A stretch of DNA of 64,000 nucleotides from an uncultured Flavobacteriales bacterium (GTDB lineage Bacteria > Bacteroidota > Bacteroidia > Flavobacteriales_D > Sanyastnellaceae). How positions within the stretch are numbered: the stretch's first letter is position 1; each line of letters opens with the position of its first letter. Made by a program: the position numbers and the translations under genes. The DNA lies in NCBI GenBank assembly GCA_905479115.1, contig CAJQLF010000006.1, positions 7,296 through 71,295 on the forward strand, in the 5' to 3' direction. The notes under the pieces are model-generated. The model worked only from the letters and a program-made list of their open reading frames with translations, had not been told where the DNA came from and did no database searches. Shown in pieces: positions 29,553 to 38,000 of the stretch.

Positions 29553-30104
29553 ATGCCCTTTAGAGTATTTTACCTCCCGTTTATCCTGCTTTTTGGTTCG
29601 TTAGGAACTGGTCTTGCACAATATTCAGGCATCAATTGGATGTCGCTGGAGGAAGCCATCGCTGCCCAGAAAGAAGAGCCGCGCAAAATTGTGATGGACG
29701 TTTATACCCAATGGTGCGGGCCGTGTAAGATGATGATGAGAAACACCTTCACATCAGAGGACGTCATTGCTTATATGAATGCCAATTACTATGCCGTCAA
29801 GTTTGATGCAGAATCTCCTGACCCTGTCACATACCAAGGCAAGACGTTTACTAACCCGGGGTGGAATCCCAACGCACGCGGACGGAATAGCACCCATGAG
29901 CTATCAAGAGCGCTTGGCGTAAACGCCTACCCTACGTTGGTTTACTTCGACGAAAAAGCGACGATTATCGCTCCCATTCCCGGTTACAAAACACCGCCGC
30001 AGCTGGAAATGTATCTCAAATTCTTTGTGAACCAATTTGAGCCCAACGTTCAACAAGCAGAATGGGAAGCCTACCGCAATTCCTTTGTGCCAAGCTTCCA
30101 ATGA
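29553..30104 (+). CDS. Thioredoxin-fold protein (secreted, WCGPC active site)
   Basis: Signal-like N-terminus. VYTQWCGPCKMM CxxC motif. The ATG at 29553 was chosen; the ORF opens at TTG 29526. Confidence 0.8.
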   Translation: MPFRVFYLPFILLFGSLGTGLAQYSGINWMSLEEAIAAQKEEPRKIVMDVYTQWCGPCKMMMRNTFTSEDVIAYMNANYYAVKFDAESPDPVTYQGKTFTNPGWNPNARGRNSTHELSRALGVNAYPTLVYFDEKATIIAPIPGYKTPPQLEMYLKFFVNQFEPNVQQAEWEAYRNSFVPSFQ

Positions 30105-30154
30105 GGTTGTTTTCTGACGTTCAAGCTGAACAGCAGCAGTCAAGCGCAATCCCC

Positions 30155-30162
30155 TATATTTG
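30155..30162 (+). promoter_or_regulatory. Candidate -7 box (TATATTTG) upstream of gltA
   Basis: TAnnTTTG match 61 nt upstream of the ATG at 30223. Confidence 0.3.
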
Positions 30163-30222
30163 CAAGCGCATCCGGCCGAAAAGGCTCCGTAAGAAATCGT
30201 TTAACCATCACCTCGTCACAAA

Positions 30223-31512
30223 ATGAGTGAGACAGTCCAAATTATCATAGAAGGAAAGGAGTATGAATTTCCTGTTGTCGAAGGTTCCGAGCAGGAAAAA
30301 GCCATCGATATTTCCAAGTTACGGGCCCAAACAGGATACATCACCCTGGATTATGGTTTCAAGAATACGGGCTCTACGAAAAGCGCGATCACCTATTTAG
30401 ACGGCGAAAATGGCATCCTGCGGTACAGAGGTTACTCCATTGAAGAATTAGCAGAAAAAGCTTCCTTTCTCGAAGTCGCATTTTTGTTGATTTATGGGGA
30501 ATTACCGAACAAGAAACAGCTGGACTATTTCCAAGAAAGCATAACCCAGCACACCCTCGTCCATGAGAATATGAAGCGCTTTTTTGAAGCGTTTCCGCAA
30601 GGAGCACATCCCATGGGCATGCTCAGTTCGATGATCTCCAGTTTGAGTACGTTTTATCCTGAGTCTCAGAACCCAAACAGATCGGTGGTGGATATTGAAA
30701 AAACGATTCACCGTTTGATCGCCAAGCTACCTACCCTTGCATCACAGGCCTACAAGCACAACATGGGCCATCCAACGGTGTATCCTTCGAATGACCTCAG
30801 CTATTGTGGGAATTTCCTGAAAATGATGTTCTCGCTGCCAACGGAACCATACGAAGTCGATTCTGTGGTGGAGCGTGCTTTGAATAAATTGTTGATTCTG
30901 CATGCTGATCATGAGCAGAATTGCTCAACCTCAACTGTTCGTGTTGTTGGGTCATCTCAAGCCAACTTATACAGCTCCGTTTCAGCTGGGATCGCTGCAC
31001 TTTGGGGACCTTTGCATGGAGGAGCCAATCAGGCCGTAATTGAAATGCTCGAGTCAATTCGAGAGGACGGCGGTGACTTGCAGAAATGGATCGACAAAGC
31101 CAAGGACAAAAATGACTCATTCCGATTGATGGGCTTTGGCCATCGGGTTTACAAGAATTTTGACCCCAGGGCTCGTATCATCAAAAAAGCCGCAGATGAA
31201 GTGCTGGAGCAACTTGGCGTCGACGATCCTGTTTTGGACATCGCGAAGCAACTCGAACAAGTCGCATTGAATGACTCCTACTTTGTTGAACGCGGCCTTT
31301 ATCCAAATGTTGATTTTTACTCTGGGATTATCTACCGAGCATTGAACATTCCTACCGACATGTTTACGGTGATGTTTGCGCTTGGACGTCTTCCCGGTTG
31401 GATCGCCCAATGGAAAGAAATGGTTGAAAACCGCGAGCCCATTGGACGACCACGCCAAGTGTTCACCGGATCGAAGGAAAGGTCATTTGTTGTGTTGGCA
31501 GACCGCGACTAA
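30223..31512 (+). CDS. gltA: Citrate synthase
   Basis: GFGHRVYKNFDPRA and LHADHEQNCSTSTVR signatures. Confidence 0.96.
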   Translation: MSETVQIIIEGKEYEFPVVEGSEQEKAIDISKLRAQTGYITLDYGFKNTGSTKSAITYLDGENGILRYRGYSIEELAEKASFLEVAFLLIYGELPNKKQLDYFQESITQHTLVHENMKRFFEAFPQGAHPMGMLSSMISSLSTFYPESQNPNRSVVDIEKTIHRLIAKLPTLASQAYKHNMGHPTVYPSNDLSYCGNFLKMMFSLPTEPYEVDSVVERALNKLLILHADHEQNCSTSTVRVVGSSQANLYSSVSAGIAALWGPLHGGANQAVIEMLESIREDGGDLQKWIDKAKDKNDSFRLMGFGHRVYKNFDPRARIIKKAADEVLEQLGVDDPVLDIAKQLEQVALNDSYFVERGLYPNVDFYSGIIYRALNIPTDMFTVMFALGRLPGWIAQWKEMVENREPIGRPRQVFTGSKERSFVVLADRD

Positions 31513-31518
31513 TCTCAT

Positions 31519-32295
31519 ATGACCAAGGCAACTGGAATCGGAAGAGTTGAATGCAATTTGGACCAACAGGGAGTCCTGACCATTCAGTTTGATCACCCTG
31601 CTAGTAACTCGCTGCCTGGATCTCTTCTTTCCGCGTTAGCAGATTCGATAGATCAAGCCGGTAAGGAGGCTGGATGTCGGGTGATTTTATTAAAATCAGG
31701 TGGAAGCCGGGCGTTTTGCGCTGGTGCCAGTTTTGATGAATTAATTGACATACAGGACGAGAAACAGGGCTTAGCATTTTTCAGTGGGTTCAGCAAGGTC
31801 ATTTTGGCCATACGACGAAGTTCAAAATTCGTCGTCTGTCGCGTTCAAGGGAAAGCAGTTGGCGGAGGTGTCGGTATCGCTGCAGCTGCCGATATCACCT
31901 ATGGGACGCACCATGCAGCCGTGAAGCTATCCGAGCTGGCCATTGGCATCGGTCCATTTGTTGTTGGACCTGCCGTCGAGAGAAAGGTTGGCAAAGCAGC
32001 CTTTACCGCTATGGCCATTGATGCTACCTCGTGGTATTCAGCTGAGTGGGCAAAATCACAAGGACTTTATGCTGAGGTTTTCCAAACCACCGATGAACTG
32101 GATCAAGCGATCAACGACCTCACTCGTCAATTGGCTTCTTCCAGTCCAGAGGCCATGGAGGAGCTTAAAAACGTTTTTTGGGAAGGCACCGACCACTGGG
32201 AAAAACTTCTGCCAGAGCGCGCTGCAATTTCAGGGAAATTAGTACTCAGTGAATTCACGCGCAGTGCCATTTCACGTTTCAAATCCAAGGCATAA
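31519..32295 (+). CDS. Enoyl-CoA hydratase/isomerase (crotonase) family protein
   Basis: GGSRAFCAGASFDEL oxyanion-hole region and crotonase-fold length. Confidence 0.85.
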   Translation: MTKATGIGRVECNLDQQGVLTIQFDHPASNSLPGSLLSALADSIDQAGKEAGCRVILLKSGGSRAFCAGASFDELIDIQDEKQGLAFFSGFSKVILAIRRSSKFVVCRVQGKAVGGGVGIAAAADITYGTHHAAVKLSELAIGIGPFVVGPAVERKVGKAAFTAMAIDATSWYSAEWAKSQGLYAEVFQTTDELDQAINDLTRQLASSSPEAMEELKNVFWEGTDHWEKLLPERAAISGKLVLSEFTRSAISRFKSKA

Positions 32296-32344
32296 TCAAG
32301 GGAAGCGCTTTATAATCTTGCTGCCGACACAATAAGTTGAAAGC

Positions 32345-32376
32345 AAAAAAGGGCACCGAAGAGTGCCCTTTTTTTT
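32345..32376. terminator. Bidirectional hairpin terminator between convergent genes
   Basis: AAAAAA-GGGCAC-cgaaga-GTGCCC-TTTTTTTT. A- and T-tracts flank a 6-bp GC stem, so it can serve both the crotonase gene (+) and cluster gene A (-). Confidence 0.8.
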
Positions 32377-32391
32377 GTACTAATGAATGGT

Positions 32392-34917
32392 TCAGTGAAC
32401 CAAAAGTCGTGACGTCCCCACCTGGTTAGAATTGCGCAACACCACCAAGTAGTATCCAGTTTCAACTCCTCCCAAATCTAACTGCATTGGAGCATCATTA
32501 AAGTAAAGTTCTTTGCTGGTAACCAACCGACCTGAAGCATCCATGACTTCTACAGTAGCCAACCCTGAAAGGGCTGTGCCTCCTTGAATCCAAAATGTCC
32601 CGTTCGAGGGATTCGGATAAACATCGAATACCAAGGCATGAATCTCTGCAACGTTCACAACATTTTCAATAATCACATCAATAGAAGCTGTGCATCCATT
32701 CGCATCTGTAATCGTCAAAACATAGGTTCCAGCAGACAAATTAGAGAGAGTCGGTTCTGAACTGGTAAACGAATCAGGACCTGTCCAGCTGAACTCATAA
32801 GGGAAGGATCCTCCAGAAACAATCAAGCTGATGGAACCCGAACCATCCCCATCGGTTTCATTGGATGAATCCGCGATGACATCAATGTCACAGTAGTAGC
32901 AGCTTCCATCGTCTTCGGTCGCATCGGCATTGTAGTTCTCCGCTTCTGGGTCCGTGCAGCCCTCGACTTCTAACTCGTCGCAAACGCCGTCACCATCAAC
33001 GTCGTTCAAGCAGTTGCCGTCGCAGTCATAGAATTCTTCGGCGTAGGTGCACGATTCATCATCGTCCGTGGCTGTCGCATCGTAGTTACAGGCCATCTCG
33101 TCTGTACAGCCCTCGATTTCCAACTCGTCACAAATACCGTCACCGTCCATGTCGTTCAAGCAGTTGCCGTCGCAGTCGTAGAGTGCTTCGGCATATTCAC
33201 ACATCCCGTCATCATCCGTTGCGGAAGGATCATAGTTGCAAGCTAACTCGTCCATGCACCCTGCAATTTCGAATACATCACAGATACCATCCATATCGGC
33301 GTCATTGAGGCAGTTGCCGTCGCAATCGTACGCTTCGGCAGCATACTCACACGATTCGTCATCGTCCGTTGCTGTCGCATCGTAGTTGCAAGCCGACTCG
33401 TCCATACAGCCTGCAATCTCGAATACATCACATACGCCATCCATATCGGCATCATTGAGGCAATTGCCGCTACAGTCGTAGAATTCTTCCGCGTATTCAC
33501 ACATGCCACCTTCGTCTGTTGCAGCCATATCATAATTACATGCCATCATATCCATGCATCCCACGACTTCCAATTCATCACAAACACCATCCATGTCAGC
33601 GTCATTGAGGCAGTTGCCATCGCAGTCATAATATGTCACTGCAAATTCACACGAACCATCATTGTTGGTCGCATTCGAGTCATAGTTACACGCCATCATA
33701 TCCGTGCAGCCTGCGACTTCCAATTCATCGCATACGCCATCTCCATCCATATCCATCACGCAGTTTCCATCGCAATCGTAATATTCCACAGCATATTCGC
33801 ATGATCCATTGTCCTGGGTAAAGATTGGATCATAGTTGCATGCACTTTCATCCGTGCAGCCTACGCAAGATGTGTATTCGCACGATCCATCCTCTGCATC
33901 CGCTTCAGGATTATAATTGCACGCATTGGAGTTTGTGCATCCCGGGGTACCGCAACTCGTGTAGTCACATGAACCATCATTGTAGACCGCCTCAGGATCG
34001 TAATTGCACGCATCAACATCGGTGCAACCTAAGCAAGAGGAATATTCACACGACCCATTTTCATCCGTTGCTGCAGCGTCATAGTTGCAGGCAAATACAT
34101 CTGTACAGCCTGGAATTTCGAATTCATCGCAAATTCCATCACCGTCCACATCCGAAAGGCAGTTGCCATCGCAGTCATAACCCGTCTGAGCAAATTCACA
34201 TGATCCGTCGTCTGCCGCAGCATCCGGATCATAATTGCATGCTGCTGCATCGGTGCATCCATCGCCCTCAACCTCTGGCGCGTACGTTCCAACACCACAG
34301 AAGGTGTAAGTGAGTCGCAGGTCACCGTCTTGACCATCTCCGTTCACGAAGATTTGAAAATTCATGGTTCCGCAAATTTCTCCGTCCGTCGTCATTTGCA
34401 TCACCAACACACGCAGGTTTTCATCGGGCAACCCATTGGGTGCTCCGTTCAGTATGTACCATGCTCCTCCCGTCTCGTCATCGATGAACACATCTTGGCC
34501 ATCCATCGCAGAGCCAGAAGCGAAGCAATCCGTCCAAGGCTGTTCGGTGCTCTGCAGAGTTGAAGGTGGAACTTGATCACCTGAAGATTGCCCATCAATC
34601 CCGATGGTGACCCAGCTGTCTGCAGCCATTTCAGGGAAAAATGCCAAAAATGCAGGATTAATTCCGTCGGCCGTTACGGCGCCAAAAGGGTCGTTGTAAA
34701 ATCCCGTCGTCGTCGTAATTGAAAGAGGATCCGTATCGCCTCCATAAACGGAAGACAAAAAGTCATCCGCATTGATCATGTCGAAGTACAAGCGGTAAGT
34801 TGTTTGTTCCGGGACGATGTCTGTTGCGTGCTCTTCAAGCGTGATGGTGTATTCCTGAGCCTGTCCAAGGGAAAATACAAATGCCAAGGACAAAAAAAGA
34901 GAAGTGAATCGATACAT
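32392..34917 (-). CDS. T9SS type-A cargo, modular surface protein 'A': signal peptide, unassigned ~190-aa domain, 11 Cys-rich ACNYD modules with 7 TSP3-like linkers, 1 SprB-like repeat, CTD
   Basis: Start MYRFTSLFLSLAFVFSLGQAQ (ATG 34917; the ORF opens at 34950). Repeats of GCTDxxACNYDxxATxDDGSCEY and YDCDGNCLNDxDxDGxCDELE. FSWTGPD...LSAGTYVLTITDANGC. C-terminus VYPNPSNGTFWIQ...GYYLVVLRN is a Por/T9SS type-A tail. Confidence 0.9.
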   Translation of the reverse strand: MYRFTSLFLSLAFVFSLGQAQEYTITLEEHATDIVPEQTTYRLYFDMINADDFLSSVYGGDTDPLSITTTTGFYNDPFGAVTADGINPAFLAFFPEMAADSWVTIGIDGQSSGDQVPPSTLQSTEQPWTDCFASGSAMDGQDVFIDDETGGAWYILNGAPNGLPDENLRVLVMQMTTDGEICGTMNFQIFVNGDGQDGDLRLTYTFCGVGTYAPEVEGDGCTDAAACNYDPDAAADDGSCEFAQTGYDCDGNCLSDVDGDGICDEFEIPGCTDVFACNYDAAATDENGSCEYSSCLGCTDVDACNYDPEAVYNDGSCDYTSCGTPGCTNSNACNYNPEADAEDGSCEYTSCVGCTDESACNYDPIFTQDNGSCEYAVEYYDCDGNCVMDMDGDGVCDELEVAGCTDMMACNYDSNATNNDGSCEFAVTYYDCDGNCLNDADMDGVCDELEVVGCMDMMACNYDMAATDEGGMCEYAEEFYDCSGNCLNDADMDGVCDVFEIAGCMDESACNYDATATDDDESCEYAAEAYDCDGNCLNDADMDGICDVFEIAGCMDELACNYDPSATDDDGMCEYAEALYDCDGNCLNDMDGDGICDELEIEGCTDEMACNYDATATDDDESCTYAEEFYDCDGNCLNDVDGDGVCDELEVEGCTDPEAENYNADATEDDGSCYYCDIDVIADSSNETDGDGSGSISLIVSGGSFPYEFSWTGPDSFTSSEPTLSNLSAGTYVLTITDANGCTASIDVIIENVVNVAEIHALVFDVYPNPSNGTFWIQGGTALSGLATVEVMDASGRLVTSKELYFNDAPMQLDLGGVETGYYLVVLRNSNQVGTSRLLVH
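32893..33861 (-). repeat. In-frame tandem array, 150-bp (50-aa) period, about 6.5 units, inside gene A
   Basis: GC(T/M)D starts fall at aa 364, 414, 464, 514, 564, 614 and 664 of the 852-aa ORF, exactly 50 aa apart. At the DNA level, tccatgcaccctgcaatttcgaatacatca at 33251 recurs as tccatacagcctgcaatctcgaatacatca at 33401. Confidence 0.9.
34300..34854 (-). other. Copy 1 of 5 of the unassigned ~190-aa domain 'X' (in protein A)
   Basis: TTYRLYFDM..DDFLSSVYGGDTDP...FFPEMAADSWVTIG...DDETGGAWYILNGAPNGLPDENLRVLVMQMTTDG..GTMNFQIFVNGDG. Confidence 0.8.
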
Positions 34918-34988
34918 GGTTTTGATTGGGAGAATTCGTTGCGCAGCCAAGTTAGGTCGAATCCGCTAAATCATTAAACGCAAAGGAC

Positions 34989-35022
34989 AAAAAAAAAGCC
35001 AGATGTTCTCACCTGGCTTTTT
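34989..35022 (-). terminator. Rho-independent terminator of gene B
   Basis: AGCCAG/CTGGCT stem with a 10-nt loop. An A9 tract on the + strand gives the U-tract on the - strand, 22 nt past the stop. Confidence 0.75.
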
Positions 35023-35043
35023 GTCTTATTTCTTGCACCAAAT

Positions 35044-38000
35044 TCACCTCACAACTTTTATTTTCTTTTGAATGATACGATTGGTGGCTTTAATCCTCAT
35101 CACATACAAACCATTCGACCAATCGCTGACGTCCAATTTAAACACGTTCTCGTGCGGCACGATAACCCTAGAGGCCATCAGCTTTCCCTGCATATCATAC
35201 CAATCGAGTTGAGAAAACTCCTGATTCATCGGCAACGTCACCTGCACGAAATCATGGGCAGGGTTTGGAAAGACCCGAATGTCCGAGTCCAAAAGCTCGG
35301 CCACGGATACGATGGATTCAACCACAATTTCGAATGATGTTGTCGAGCAGCCATTGCTATCTGTCACCACCAACTGGTAGGTACCTGGATTGAGATTCGT
35401 GATGTCTTCTTCATCGCTTATGAATGCTCCGTCCAGCTGAATCCAACTGAACACATAAGGTCCCACTCCGCCCGTGATAGAGACTGAGATACTGCCTTCT
35501 TCGGCATCGGGAACGGATCCTGTCACATCGTCCAAGAGAGCCAATAATGGATCTGGCTCCTCTACAACTAATTCGAGAACTGCCTCACAACCGGATTCAT
35601 CCGCAACGATGATTACATAGGCCCCACCTGAAAGCCCTGCGAACATTGAATCGGTTTGTATGAGATCTTGCGGCAACAATTGATACGTGATTTCGCTGCT
35701 ATCTGGATACGCCCCTTGAACCGAAATCTCCAACGAACCATCAGCTTCCCCTGCGCATGAAACATCAGAAACACTTGCCGCTGCCGTTATTGTGCAATAA
35801 ACACAGGAACCATCATCGTCGGTTGCTAGCCCATCGAAGTTAATAGCAGAAGTGTCCGTGCATCCAGGCACCTCAAACTCATCACAAATTCCATCAGAAT
35901 CGGCATCTAATAGGCAATCACCGGCGCAGTCCAAAGCTGGCTCGGGGTAGGTGCAAGAACCGTCGTCATCGGTTGCGATTTCGTCGTAATTGCACGCTGC
36001 GGTATCCGTGCAGCCCAATACAGGGTATGCACACGAATCATTGTCGTACTCAGCCTCAGAATCGTAATTCAACGCTTCGCTATCCAAGCATCCACATGCA
36101 TTGGGAAAAACGGGGGGATTCGTCCATGTCGTGCCATCGAATTGAAATTGGTGCAGCGAAGAAGCCGTGTTGTCCCCTCCATTAAACACCTGCACATTCA
36201 ATTGACCATGCATACCTCCCAACGTCGTTACTTGGGCTATCAACACCCGCAGATCATCCCCGGCGACGCCGTTCGAACCTCCATTCAATATGAACCAAGA
36301 GCCACCCACCTCGTCATCCATGACCAGATCATTTCCGGATTCGAATTGAGAGACCCATCCCTCCGGTCCTGAAGAGCCAACAGCGTTAACAGAGTTTTCT
36401 GTATCTGCCGCAGGTCCATCAACTCCAATCGTCACCCAACTATCATATGCTAGTTGAGGGAAAGAACCAATCAGATCTAGATTTATTCCTTGGGCCAAGT
36501 GGGATCCCATCTCGTCCTGGTGCCATCCGGACTCAGCGGCCAGCAGCAAGGTATCTTCGTCGTTGCCATATACAGCGGATACGAAATCCGTCTCAAGAAT
36601 AGTCGTAACAAACATTCTGTACGTAATCATCCCTGCCATTGAACCCGTATCGTGGACCGCTATGGTGTCAATCTCCAAGCCGAAGCTCAAAATTTCATCC
36701 TCTTCACAAGAGCAGAAGTCACAGGTACCGTCATCATCCGTAAAGGCTTCGTCATAATTGCAAGCCGTCGGAGCCGTGCACCCCCCTAACTCTAGCTCGT
36801 CGCACACGCCATCACCATCCGAATCATATAAACAGAGTCCATCACAATCCACAAATTCCCCCGCATACGTGCACGAACCATCCTCGTTCGTCGCGGCAGG
36901 GTTAAAATTACAAGCCGCAGCATCGGTGCACCCCTCAATCGCAATGATCACATGGATGGTTTGCGTCCAATCCGCCTCGTTTCCGCAAGCATCAAATGTG
37001 GTGTAGGTGCGATGGTAGGTCACCGTATCTCCGGACTGAACTACCGTTTCATCTGCAGAAGACCATTGCGCATTTCCATCGCATGCATCTTGCACGGCAA
37101 TGAAGGGTGTCGGAATTTCTTCTCCTTCTTGTTCATTTATCCAAATTTCTGCTGCAGGCAAATTCAAAATTTCCGGTGCCAATGTATCTGCCACACTGAT
37201 CATTTGGATCGCTTGTGCCTGATTCCCTGCATCATCAGTCGCAAAAAATGTTCGTGTGCACAAATAATTGTACGGAGGACAGTCGTAAACGAACTCGATA
37301 GGACCATCGACGAACATGACTTGAACCGTTTCATCACATTCGTCTTCCGCTGTAGCCATTGTGGTTGGCATCGCCTGGTCGCATTGAACAGTCGAATCAG
37401 CGGGAACAAACGTAAAGACCGGTGGAATGATATCATCTAAGCAGGGATCAACAAAATAGTCGCATGAGCCATCCTCATCCGTTGCATCAGCCACATAATT
37501 CGTCGCTTCAGGATCCGTGCATCCCTCAATTTCCAGTTCGTTGCAAACGCCATCTCCATCGTCATCCGCCACGCAGACTCCATCGCAATCGTATGCGACC
37601 TCAGGATATTCACAGCCCGCAAATGACGGCAAACCACAAGCATCTTGCAGACCGATCATTTTGTTGAATCCACCATCCATTCCATCGCCATTTTCGAAAA
37701 ACTGGACATAGAGCTGGCCGTCGAGATTTCCATCGGTGGTAAACTGTCCGAGTAAAACCTTTAAATCCTCACCAGCCACACCGTTCGAAGCCCCATTCAA
37801 AATATACCAAACACCACCTAGGTCGTCTGACATTTCCAAAGAGCCACCCAATTCAAATGGTTCAACCCAAGGATCGAGACCTTCCAAAATACTTATTCCA
37901 GATTCTCCTGCATCCCCTTCGGCTGCAGATTCCAAACCAATGGTAACCCACGAATCATACGCCGCATCCGGTATGAAAGGAAAAACCAGCGGATTCACAC

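Noticed and set aside
32893-33861. Regular 150-bp repeat array, checked as a possible CRISPR or satellite
   Set aside because: The repeats are contiguous with no unique spacers. They sit in frame inside a long ORF and encode a conserved 50-aa Cys-rich unit. No cas genes are in the window.
33825-34313. 162-aa His/Arg-rich ORF on the plus strand, plus similar long antisense ORFs at 33243-33533, 34029-34337, 36952-37440, 37736-38032, 38456-38728 and 43565-43939
   Set aside because: These lie antisense to, or out of frame with, the repeat-rich surface-protein genes. Their low-complexity composition mirrors the GAT/TGC-rich codons of the sense strand, and no motifs are present. They are classic shadow ORFs.
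34892-34898. Homopolymer tracts as phase-variation switches (T7 in the gene A signal-peptide coding region on the minus strand; A8 between the -7 box and the ATG of gene C at 42516-42523)
   Set aside because: The tracts are short (7-8 nt). One is in a 5' UTR, where length change would not shift the frame. There is no population data, so this is too speculative.
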